A program made the translations under genes and the position numbers. Under the pieces are notes generated by a model. The model was not told the origin of the DNA. It did not search any database and worked only from the letters and a program-made list of their open reading frames with translations. Positions 36,533-43,834 of a stretch of DNA of 49,315 bases are shown in pieces. Numbering within the stretch: the first letter of the stretch is position 1; every line of letters starts with the position of its first letter. The DNA comes from a virus (lineage: Duplodnaviria; Caudoviricetes), in IMG/VR virus record IMGVR_UViG_3300022927_000033, positions 1 to 49,315 of that record; one strand, written 5' to 3'.

Positions 36533-37054
36533 TTATCGTTTAAAACTGGTCATTGTTGGACCTGAAGGGCGACGAGGTTTTTTCTTCTCATCTTTATTTC
36601 TAGGTTTAGGTCCAGTACTTGGTGCCTTCATAGAAGTCATTTTTGGGCCTGAAGGTCCTGCTCTTCGAGTAGGTTTAGAGGCTTTGGTTTTTTTAACCGG
36701 CGCAGCTTTAGGTGCTTCTTTTTTAGTAGAACGATTAGCAATAGCTGTGATACCCGCGACAGTAGCTCCTGTTTTTAATGCATCTGCTTTAGTAAAAGTT
36801 TTTCTTGATTTAGCCCCAGCTGGTCTACTTGGCCGGCCTCTTTTTGGCGGAGTCTGCTGTGTAATTTTTTTAGTTGGATTACTTGGTTTAGTCCCGGAGT
36901 TACTAGTGCTGTTTAACTTCTTAACACTGCCTCTATGCCGAGTAGACTGAATATCCTTGCGTGTGGTAGACCCCGCTTTCGTTCGCGTAGGTTTCCCAGT
37001 GCTCCCTTTTTTAATAAGGTCTCTTCCAAATTTTATAGCCCTTACAATTGCCAT
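36533..37054 (-). CDS. Highly basic, low-complexity (histone H1-like) protein
   Basis: K/R/P/T/S-rich with a repeated PSGP.MTS.K; AGGAG RBS. Confidence 0.7.
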   Translation of the reverse strand: MAIVRAIKFGRDLIKKGSTGKPTRTKAGSTTRKDIQSTRHRGSVKKLNSTSNSGTKPSNPTKKITQQTPPKRGRPSRPAGAKSRKTFTKADALKTGATVAGITAIANRSTKKEAPKAAPVKKTKASKPTRRAGPSGPKMTSMKAPSTGPKPRNKDEKKKPRRPSGPTMTSFKR

Positions 37055-37063
37055 TTCTTTCTC

Positions 37064-37417
37064 CTAAGTTGTTGTTATAGTTACAGTTCCTACCTGTCCT
37101 TGCCCTTCCAAATCATCTTCTAAACCTTCTAGTGCTAGTGGATTATTCAGACCGACTGGGTTCCAACCATATTGATACTCCCTTTGCTCTTCCAAGTTAC
37201 TATCAGGTCTAGGATCACGTACTGCTTGTGGGTCTTCGACAGGATACATACCTTGCATGTTTTGTGGGTGGTCAGGCTCCCAGCATTCTTTACATACTTT
37301 GATATTAGTATCTTTTGTTTTTATAAACAGGTCTTTTAATTCTTTCAACTTAAACTGAAAACCACAACGGTCACAGTTAGCTATTGAATGTTTACCCGAT
37401 GTATATCTACGAGCCAT
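37064..37417 (-). CDS. Zn-binding conserved phage protein
   Basis: CDRCGF...VCKECWEPDHPQ...DPQAVRDPRPD. Confidence 0.75.
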   Translation of the reverse strand: MARRYTSGKHSIANCDRCGFQFKLKELKDLFIKTKDTNIKVCKECWEPDHPQNMQGMYPVEDPQAVRDPRPDSNLEEQREYQYGWNPVGLNNPLALEGLEDDLEGQGQVGTVTITTT

Positions 37418-37542
37418 TATCTAACCACCTGTGTTTTCTTTCCTTTTAATGAAAGTTTTAACACTCTCAACCACAGCTTTATATACTTTTTATTTTTATG
37501 TTTTACAGCGGCTGAATATAGCTTTTTAATTAGCTTTTTCAT
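37417..37542 (-). CDS. Cationic amphipathic peptide, 41 aa (not in ORF track)
   Basis: MKKLIKKLYSAAVKHKNKKYIKLWLRVLKLSLKGKKTQVVR; AGGAGG RBS; TAATG coupling. Confidence 0.7.
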   Translation of the reverse strand: MKKLIKKLYSAAVKHKNKKYIKLWLRVLKLSLKGKKTQVVR

Positions 37543-37550
37543 GACGCCTC

Positions 37551-38231
37551 CTATATATGCTGATAACGGGGTGCAAGTCTTAAATCAGCTTTTTCTCTGT
37601 CTTCAGTAGATGCTAACGCCCACTGTTCCTCATATTCTGCTTTTAGCATCTGCATTCTATCTGCTGCACCTGGTATTTTTAAACTTAAATAATACGCTAA
37701 TCCTGCAACTAAACAAGGGTAAAACCTAAATGGTATTTCTTGCGTATTAACGCCGCTACCTGCATCATCTAATCTTTTCATTTTCCAGTATACAAAAGTG
37801 TAGTCGTTATTATCAGGCATGGGCCATACATTAATGGAAGGTTGAGTTACTTGCCTGTTTATCCACACTTGTATAGGTCTGCCTGTACTATTTTTATTAG
37901 GTATTGTTCCCCAAGTAGGAGCAGATATTCTTGATATATTAATATCAGATTGTGTAGTTCCTGTTCCTGTTCTAATAACTTGTTCAATAAGGTCAATAGT
38001 ATCTGTAGGTAAATTATAAGTTTGAGTACCTTCAGTTAGAGCAATAGAACCTTCTTCGATCGTCCAAAGATTAACGCCTCTGTTTGCCCATTCTGCTGTA
38101 AGCAAATTTAAACTGCGTCTTGCAGTTCTTAAATCATACCCAGTTCTAAGTTCAGCGCCACATCTTTCAAATGCTTCTTCTACAATCTCGTTGAGATCTG
38201 GATTAAATGTTGTTGTCCCTGATGTAGTCAT
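37551..38231 (-). CDS. Head-tail connector (P22 gp4-like) protein
   Basis: IVEEAFERCG...ARRSLNLL..EWANRG.NLWT...GLAYYLS. Confidence 0.65.
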   Translation of the reverse strand: MTTSGTTTFNPDLNEIVEEAFERCGAELRTGYDLRTARRSLNLLTAEWANRGVNLWTIEEGSIALTEGTQTYNLPTDTIDLIEQVIRTGTGTTQSDINISRISAPTWGTIPNKNSTGRPIQVWINRQVTQPSINVWPMPDNNDYTFVYWKMKRLDDAGSGVNTQEIPFRFYPCLVAGLAYYLSLKIPGAADRMQMLKAEYEEQWALASTEDREKADLRLAPRYQHI

Positions 38232-38380
38232 TACATTTCCTTTTCAATGTTTCTAATTACAGTGCATTCTTCTGTTATTACATGTGTATGTACTGTTGAC
38301 TCAACTGAGTCCATATAATCCCCGCCAACAAATGCAGTGGCTAAAGCAAGACAACTAATTACTATTTCTTTGAAAGCCAT
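38231..38380 (-). CDS. Small protein with hydrophobic N-terminus, 49 aa (not in ORF track)
   Basis: MAFKEIVISCLALATAFVGG...; fills the gap exactly with TAATG coupling at both ends. Confidence 0.6.
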   Translation of the reverse strand: MAFKEIVISCLALATAFVGGDYMDSVESTVHTHVITEECTVIRNIEKEM

Positions 38381-38670
38381 TATGCTTTCTTCCTTGTTGT
38401 CTTACGTTTTAATGGTGCTACTCTTCTTGGTTTACCTGCTGGCTGTCCAAGACTTTTCTTCTGCGCTACACGTGACTTCTTTTCAGCGGATGTCATCTCT
38501 CCTGATGTTTTAGGAGTTTTGCTAGACACTCTTTTACTAGGTCTGCAATAAGGAGTACCACGAGACTCCCCTTTCTTTCTGCCACATGCTTTACCGGTTC
38601 TAACATCTTTCCAATCCTCTTTGAACCAGCGTTTTAGTGCGGCACCTTTAGCTGTCTTTCTGACCGCCAT
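38380..38670 (-). CDS. Basic conserved phage protein
   Basis: LKRWFKEDWKDV...CGR...PYCRPSKRVSSKTPKT. Confidence 0.75.
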   Translation of the reverse strand: MAVRKTAKGAALKRWFKEDWKDVRTGKACGRKKGESRGTPYCRPSKRVSSKTPKTSGEMTSAEKKSRVAQKKSLGQPAGKPRRVAPLKRKTTRKKA

Positions 38671-38843
38671 TATTTTTTACCTTTATTCTTCCTGCACTTC
38701 GCTATTGCACCTGATGCATATGCACTAGGAAACACTTTATATGATGATTTTACTTTGTGGTAGCAAGCATCTTTCACACTACCGCCTTTTTTAAAAGCAA
38801 TAGGCTTCTTCATAGCCTTGCCCATACCTCTACATTTCATCAT
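38670..38843 (-). CDS. Small basic protein, 57 aa (not in ORF track)
   Basis: MMKCRGMGKAMKKPIAFKKGGSVKDACYHKVKSSYKVFPSAYASGAIAKCRKNKGKK; coupled to both neighbours. Confidence 0.75.
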   Translation of the reverse strand: MMKCRGMGKAMKKPIAFKKGGSVKDACYHKVKSSYKVFPSAYASGAIAKCRKNKGKK

Positions 38844-39139
38844 ATCATGCGACCTTTTGTTTTACCTTTTTTACAAATACCGTCGCGTTTACATTTTTTA
38901 ACCATACCGCCTTTTTTGTAGTTACCGGTTAGCATATCTATCGTGTTTTCATATTCTTCTTTTCGTTTTTTTCGTGAGTCTCTTGTTGTTTTTTTACTTT
39001 CTTTTGGTGGAGTTCTCATTTCTTCGAGCTCTTTTACTCTTTTCTTACCGGCGCGTTTACCCCCAACAATCTTTTTAGGGTCTTTATCCATTATTTTTTT
39101 TAGACGTGTCATTTGTCTAAGAATTGCTCCTGCCGCCAT
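38840..39139 (-). CDS. Basic protein with YKKGG motif
   Basis: C-terminus YKKGGMVKK..RDGICKKGKTKGRMI; AGGAG RBS. Confidence 0.75.
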   Translation of the reverse strand: MAAGAILRQMTRLKKIMDKDPKKIVGGKRAGKKRVKELEEMRTPPKESKKTTRDSRKKRKEEYENTIDMLTGNYKKGGMVKKCKRDGICKKGKTKGRMI

Positions 39140-39141
39140 AA

Positions 39142-39279
39142 TTATTTTCTCCTTTTAATCTTTTTAGTTTTACTAAACTCTTTACCTACTTTAGTAGGCA
39201 CCCCAACTTTTTTAGCAAACTTAGGATTGTTAGCCACAGCTTGCATAAACTTTAATTGCTTTTTACTTTTTGCTGGCAT
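39142..39279 (-). CDS. Small basic protein
   Basis: Likely start MPAKSKKQLKFMQAVANNPKFAKKVGVP at 39279, coupled to the upstream stop. Confidence 0.7.
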   Translation of the reverse strand: MPAKSKKQLKFMQAVANNPKFAKKVGVPTKVGKEFSKTKKIKRRK

Positions 39280-39497
39280 TATTTCATCCAATGGGCTACT
39301 ATATAAGAGATAAACGCGCCAATACCGGCAGCTATCCAAATAATAACTTTCCATCCGCCTCTTATTTCATCCATAGCTTTATCTATCTTATCAATTTTTT
39401 GTTTGACATCTTTCATATCTTTTATTAAATCGTCGATATCTTTTTGCATATGTCCAATAGCTATAGAGTGCTCGCCTAGTTCTCTTTCTGTACTCAT
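39279..39497 (-). CDS. Coiled-coil protein with C-terminal transmembrane helix (holin/XhlA-like)
   Basis: Heptad region followed by GGWKVIIWIAAGIGAFISYIV. Confidence 0.6.
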   Translation of the reverse strand: MSTERELGEHSIAIGHMQKDIDDLIKDMKDVKQKIDKIDKAMDEIRGGWKVIIWIAAGIGAFISYIVAHWMK

Positions 39498-39806
39498 TTA
39501 ACATTTCCACCTTCTACGCGCTTGGCGTAATCTTGAGTTAGGGTCTTTAGCTGCTTTTGGAAAGTCTTTCATTTGCCCTGCTGATCTTGCACAAAATGAC
39601 TTGCGTCGCTTTGCGTCTTTAGAACCAGGTTTAACTTTTCCAGTAACAGCTGTCTTTAATTTAGAGCCTGGGTTAGCTTTACGGTATGCTTTAACACCTT
39701 TCTTAGTCATACCAGCACCCTGCTTGGTCGGGCGAAAGTTACCCGACTTCACAGAAGTTTTGATTCCCATGCCTTTTTTCTTAGTTGTTTTCTTTTTCTC
39801 TGCCAT
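39498..39806 (-). CDS. Basic conserved phage protein
   Basis: GAGMTKKGVKAYRKANPGSKL...RRKSFCARS...RRRWKC; likely start at 39806 after GGAG. Confidence 0.75.
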   Translation of the reverse strand: MAEKKKTTKKKGMGIKTSVKSGNFRPTKQGAGMTKKGVKAYRKANPGSKLKTAVTGKVKPGSKDAKRRKSFCARSAGQMKDFPKAAKDPNSRLRQARRRWKC

Positions 39807-39925
39807 CAGACACAATCTCCGAGTGCTTCGAACCTTCTTCTATTTTCTGAAGTTGTTTTATTCTCGCTCGGTATTTTTTCTGCGAGGTTAGTATCTTCAT
39901 TTTTTGGTTCAGGTTCTTTATCCAT
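39806..39925 (-). CDS. Small hypothetical protein, 39 aa (not in ORF track)
   Basis: MDKEPEPKNED...FEALGDCV fills the gap with TGATG coupling; weak RBS. Confidence 0.4.
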   Translation of the reverse strand: MDKEPEPKNEDTNLAEKIPSENKTTSENRRRFEALGDCV

Positions 39926-39934
39926 TTTAACATT

Positions 39935-40216
39935 TTAACTATGAAATATTGTCACCGCCGTAACGTTTGTCAAAGTGCAGTGAATTTGATTAGTAAATAA
40001 AATGCCTTGGTCAGGAATAATCACGTCAGATTGTCCTACACCTGCTGGAGTTTTTAGCTCTAACAATGTAGCACCTGACGCACCGTCTTTAAATACAATA
40101 GAACCTGCTGTAGCCGAGGAAATATAACTCAAACCTCTTAAACGAGCTCTATGATTAACGACAGTATCAGGAGAATCTGCTGCAACAAAGACTGATGCTT
40201 TTATATCAGATTGCAT
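39935..40216 (-). CDS. Small virion-associated protein
   Basis: RARLRG...IPDQGILF beta-rich protein; AGGAG RBS. Confidence 0.7.
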   Translation of the reverse strand: MQSDIKASVFVAADSPDTVVNHRARLRGLSYISSATAGSIVFKDGASGATLLELKTPAGVGQSDVIIPDQGILFTNQIHCTLTNVTAVTIFHS

Positions 40217-40228
40217 TATATTCTCCTA

Positions 40229-40420
40229 TTATCCGGCTGAAACGTTTAATACACCTGAGTTATTCCATAGTTGACCTGCAACTGATGGATCTGATGTTGG
40301 TAGTCCTGAAAAGATAACTGCGCCTGTTGCGGTTATTGTAACTGCTGTTACATTACCTGTAACTGCGCCTGTAAATCCGTTGTCTGATACAACTGGACCT
40401 GAAAAGGTTGTTGTTGCCAT
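40229..40420 (-). CDS. Small capsid-associated / fibre-like protein
   Basis: MATTTFSGPVVSDNGF...LPTSDPSVAGQLWNNSGVLNVSAG; ATG at 40420 with GGAG 8 nt upstream. Confidence 0.7.
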   Translation of the reverse strand: MATTTFSGPVVSDNGFTGAVTGNVTAVTITATGAVIFSGLPTSDPSVAGQLWNNSGVLNVSAG

Positions 40421-40428
40421 TTGAATTT

Positions 40429-40503
40429 TCTCCATACAAAGTTAAGCTTATCCGTCGTGTATGCGTCTGCTGGGGCAGTCTGATAAGCTGGATGTTCCCA
40501 GAT
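40429..40503 (-). ncRNA. Pseudoknotted structured RNA resembling the Mu-gpT-DE motif
   Basis: Minus-strand pairings AGCUUAUC/GAUAAGCU, CUGC-CCCA-GCAG, CUGGG/CCCAG and CAUACA/UGUAUG. Lies downstream of a Mu gpT-like capsid gene. The family name is from recollection of context, not a covariance-model search. Confidence 0.65.
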
Positions 40504-40509
40504 AGTTAA

Positions 40510-40538
40510 ATCATACTCTATTTATTGTTTAGTTTCAA
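40510..40538 (-). promoter_or_regulatory. Sigma70-like promoter driving the structured RNA and downstream late genes
   Basis: TTGAAA-N17-TATGAT; the predicted start site falls at the 5' edge of the RNA structure. Confidence 0.7.
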
Positions 40539-40539
40539 C

Positions 40540-40562
40540 AAAAAAGGGGCGCTAGGCCCCTT
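40540..40562 (-). terminator. Intrinsic terminator of pqqA
   Basis: Minus strand AAGGGGC-CTAGC-GCCCC followed by TTTTTT. Confidence 0.8.
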
Positions 40563-40580
40563 AATTTAATATGAAATTAA

Positions 40581-40655
40581 TTACTTGTTCATAACGTACA
40601 TAGTTACTTCGAAGCCAAATCTCATTTCAGAAGCTGCAGGTGTTGTCCATGCCAT
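40581..40655 (-). CDS. pqqA: Pyrroloquinoline quinone precursor peptide PqqA, 24 aa (not in ORF track)
   Basis: MAWTTPAASEMRFGFEVTMYVMNK has the PqqA pattern W..P....R.GFEVT.Y with E-x3-Y. RBS TAAGGAG lies 7 nt upstream. Confidence 0.95.
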   Translation of the reverse strand: MAWTTPAASEMRFGFEVTMYVMNK

Positions 40656-40759
40656 GATAGTTCTCCTTATAAGTTAAATTTCAGCATAGCTGATAAAGGT
40701 ATATTACCACGTAAGGTAATCAATACCCTAAGTATAATCATGAGTTGTAGGTAAAAGTG

Positions 40760-40790
40760 AAAAAGCCCAGCGAGAGGGACTGGGCTTTTC
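40760..40790 (-). terminator. Intrinsic (bidirectional-looking) terminator after the major capsid gene
   Basis: AAAAGCCCAG-N9-CTGGGCTTTT. Confidence 0.85.
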
Positions 40791-40809
40791 CGAGGAGGGT
40801 ACTTACAGA

Positions 40810-41718
40810 TTAAGCACCTTGAGAGCCCCACATGCCGAGGGGATCTGACCAACCAAATGAATAACGCTCACGAGCTTTGTAACGTACGTTACCTGTGTCG
40901 AAGTCGCCGTCCATAGATGTAGTTAATGGAGTACGAGTAAAGTGCTTCATACCATTAGGTACATCAGTTGTTAAGAAGTAAGCATCTGTATCAGTTAAGA
41001 AATGATTAATGCTATAACCTTCTGGAATCGCACCATTAGATTTGATTGCGTTGAGGTCGTTATCAGCAGTAGCTACACGTAGCTCTGTTTCTAATAGACG
41101 AGTCGCAACGAATTGCAATGATGGTGGGATAATTAATTTACGTGGTTTAGCAGCAATTAATAAACCTCTTTCATCTGTCCATGCTGCGATTTGAATCACT
41201 GCATTTTCTAATGAAGTTTCGTTTAAGTCGGCAGCAACTGCCTGTGTATTGCTGTTTGTACCACCAGATACTAATGGATGGTCTGTAGCAAATAATGTTT
41301 TACCATCACCGCCTGTAGGACCACCAGAGAAGCCACTGTTAAGAACGTTAGCAGCTTTCACTTGTTTTGTGTTAGCCATTGAACGTGCTAATGCTTTAGT
41401 GTAACGAGCAGATAAAGTGTCGTAGAGGTTATCTTCAACAGCTTCTTCTGTTAGTGAGAAACCTAAAGCGATGGTTTCGTGGTTGTATCTAGCTGTCCAA
41501 GCTTCTTGTGCATTGTCATAAGCGATAGCAGAACCTTCGCCTTTAACAGGTGCATTACCGAAACCTGAAAGTTTTGTTTCTTCTTCAAAACTACGCTCTG
41601 AAGTTTCAGATTCGTAGATTTCTTTGTGCTCTTCACCATAACGCTGATATTCCATACCGAATAAAGCATTAAGGCCAGGAAGCAACTCTTTTAATAACTG
41701 AGCTCTTGAAATTGCCAT
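40810..41718 (-). CDS. Major capsid protein (Mu gpT-like family)
   Basis: MAISRAQLLKELLPGLNALFG...DGKTLFATDHP...KPRKLIIPP...RYKARERYSFGWSDP; strong RBS; terminator downstream; follows portal and scaffold. Confidence 0.85.
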   Translation of the reverse strand: MAISRAQLLKELLPGLNALFGMEYQRYGEEHKEIYESETSERSFEEETKLSGFGNAPVKGEGSAIAYDNAQEAWTARYNHETIALGFSLTEEAVEDNLYDTLSARYTKALARSMANTKQVKAANVLNSGFSGGPTGGDGKTLFATDHPLVSGGTNSNTQAVAADLNETSLENAVIQIAAWTDERGLLIAAKPRKLIIPPSLQFVATRLLETELRVATADNDLNAIKSNGAIPEGYSINHFLTDTDAYFLTTDVPNGMKHFTRTPLTTSMDGDFDTGNVRYKARERYSFGWSDPLGMWGSQGA

Positions 41719-41732
41719 GTTTTATTCTCCTA

Positions 41733-42335
41733 TTAAATACCTGTTGCGTTGTTGTAAGAATGTTGTGTTCCATTGAACTTAACTAAAACGTCAGTCTTAG
41801 CGTCGCCCACTGCTGAACCTGGTGCATTTACAAAGTCTACAATTCTAAATGCAGCTGCTGTTGTTACAACAGTCGCGTCTAGTGCAACATTAGAGTTACC
41901 GGTTACTGTAGAACCTGTTGATGTAGATTGAACTGCAGCTAGAGGGGCATTAGCTCCTAAACCTGTTTGGTCAATCGCACCGTCAGCTTGTACTTGGAAT
42001 ACAACGTCTGGATCGTCCACAACGTAAGCCACAGCGTCTGAAGCTACTGTACCAGCTGGCCAATATTGTGAAAATAGTTTTTGTTTTGTGCTTGGGTCTG
42101 TGTAAGACACGCCAACGAATACTCCAACCGTCCCTGCTGGGAATGGTGAAGCTGCTGTACCAATAGTAGTTACAATCTCGAGTACTCCAGCTGCTACGAT
42201 TGATACAATAGTTCCGTTGTAGATGTTTACATTATACCCAGACGCAATTGGAATTTGACGAGTAGAGCCAGCATAAGGCTGACCACCAATCAAATTTACG
42301 GCTTTTAACCCGTAAGGTGCGGCTGTTGATGCCAT
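41733..42335 (-). CDS. Capsid decoration / minor capsid protein
   Basis: A/G/V/T-rich 200-aa protein directly upstream of the capsid gene. Confidence 0.6.
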   Translation of the reverse strand: MASTAAPYGLKAVNLIGGQPYAGSTRQIPIASGYNVNIYNGTIVSIVAAGVLEIVTTIGTAASPFPAGTVGVFVGVSYTDPSTKQKLFSQYWPAGTVASDAVAYVVDDPDVVFQVQADGAIDQTGLGANAPLAAVQSTSTGSTVTGNSNVALDATVVTTAAAFRIVDFVNAPGSAVGDAKTDVLVKFNGTQHSYNNATGI

Positions 42336-42355
42336 AATATCATCTCCTTAAAGAA

Positions 42356-42796
42356 TTATTTCTTCCCAAAAGAGGTAGTTGATTTTTTATCAGAGAATAG
42401 AGGCATTCTAGGGTCATTCTGTCTCATGAGGTTGTTATCAACCGCTTTTTCTTGAGCTTCAGCTTTTTCTCTAAAATACGTATTTCTTTGATCAACCATC
42501 TCTTGTGGCATTTTACAAAGTAAGAGTCCTCCAATTTCAATAGCATCTGCATATTGAGAATTAGGATTTCTCGGTAAATTTACTTCTGGGTGTTCTGAAT
42601 GTTTTACAGGTTCCCATCCTTCACGCATACGAGAGGACACATTTAAATTATCCGCTTCATTAGCGAGCGATACCCGAACCCACCTATATGCCCAACCCGG
42701 TTGTTGTTTGACTTCCGGTAAAAGGGACGGTGGTGCCCATTGTTTAGTTTCTTTGACTTCTCGTGTATCTATTTCTCTATTTTTGCGGTTATCCAT
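42356..42796 (-). CDS. Conserved head-module protein
   Basis: WAPPSLLP...YRWVR...REGWEPV...GGLLLCKMP. Confidence 0.75.
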   Translation of the reverse strand: MDNRKNREIDTREVKETKQWAPPSLLPEVKQQPGWAYRWVRVSLANEADNLNVSSRMREGWEPVKHSEHPEVNLPRNPNSQYADAIEIGGLLLCKMPQEMVDQRNTYFREKAEAQEKAVDNNLMRQNDPRMPLFSDKKSTTSFGKK

Positions 42797-43823
42797 TTGC
42801 GTTCTCCGTTTTAATTAATTCGCGTGCATATTGCTCTGGAGTTAGCTTGAATTTCTTTGCTAAAGCTAACTGTGTCTTAGTCAATCTAATCTTTTTAGGA
42901 CCAGTTGACCGTGTTGCTGGAGCAACTACAGTAGAAGGTTTGCGTTGAGGCTTCTCCTCAATCGATTCAGATTCCCCGAAATATTCTGGGAAGCGTTTAT
43001 GCATCGTTTCATCTATACGATGGTAGTAGTCGTCAGAAGTAGGATCAACTCCTTGTCTGACAAGATTTTCATGTACGCCTAGAGCTAAACTTGTCATTTC
43101 AGCATCGGTCCCAAACCAAGTATTTTTTTGCTGCCAGTTTTGTGCTTTGGCGTCTGGTTCCGGGTAAGTTGGCTGTACTTGTTCTTTCGGTAACTGTACC
43201 TCATTTTCTTCTTTTTGTAAAGTATATTGAGGCTTAATTAGTTCTGCTTGTGATAATTTAAACTGCGCATCATTCATTTTAGACTGTGCTTCAATGATTT
43301 TATCAGTTTCACCAGAATCATAAGCTTCTCTATATTCTTTTTTAGCTACTGCTAATTCAGAAGTATATTTATCTTTTAATGTTTTAAGATAGTCTTCTTC
43401 ACCTGTTGATAGAGTTGTTTTGAGTTTTTTGTTCTCTTCGATAATCGCTTGAGCGTACCGAACAGCCTCATCACGCTGGCGTTGTTCAGCTTCTTTTGCA
43501 CGTCTTTCGTCATGCCAAGCTTTCTTCAACTGAGCCATACGCTCTTTCACACGAGCAGAGTAGTCTTCTAGTGTGTCGTTTTCTAACTCTTCTTTAACCT
43601 CTTCAGGTAAAGGGTCTCTATTTCGATCTTGCGGAGGTGTGTCATCTTCCTCTTCAATTTCAAAATCTAGGGCTTCCTGTTTTGGTTTTGTTTCTTTTTC
43701 AGGCTCTTCTGCTTTAGCTTTCGCCGCCGCTTCATAATCTTCTTTGTCTTCCTTAAGCTCTACTTCTTGACTTCCGTCGTCGTCCTTAAGCTCGTCAGGA
43801 ACCTCGTTAATAATTTCTGCCAT
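42789..43823 (-). CDS. Putative scaffolding protein
   Basis: Acidic N-terminus, long coiled coil, C-terminal LAKKFKLTPEQYA; between portal and capsid genes. Confidence 0.7.
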   Translation of the reverse strand: MAEIINEVPDELKDDDGSQEVELKEDKEDYEAAAKAKAEEPEKETKPKQEALDFEIEEEDDTPPQDRNRDPLPEEVKEELENDTLEDYSARVKERMAQLKKAWHDERRAKEAEQRQRDEAVRYAQAIIEENKKLKTTLSTGEEDYLKTLKDKYTSELAVAKKEYREAYDSGETDKIIEAQSKMNDAQFKLSQAELIKPQYTLQKEENEVQLPKEQVQPTYPEPDAKAQNWQQKNTWFGTDAEMTSLALGVHENLVRQGVDPTSDDYYHRIDETMHKRFPEYFGESESIEEKPQRKPSTVVAPATRSTGPKKIRLTKTQLALAKKFKLTPEQYARELIKTENANG

Positions 43824-43834
43824 CTCTAATCTCC

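Noticed and set aside
27461-36535. Identical 16-mer TAAGGAGTATAATATG (minus strand) at 27461-27476 and 36520-36535 containing TATAAT
   Set aside because: Explained as stop codon plus RBS, spacer and ATG. The TATAAT is too close to the start codon to act as a -10 box for these genes.
40667-40852. 61-aa ORF in the track downstream of the capsid gene
   Set aside because: It crosses the capsid stop and a strong terminator, and has no RBS or recognisable motif. The real gene here is the shorter pqqA.
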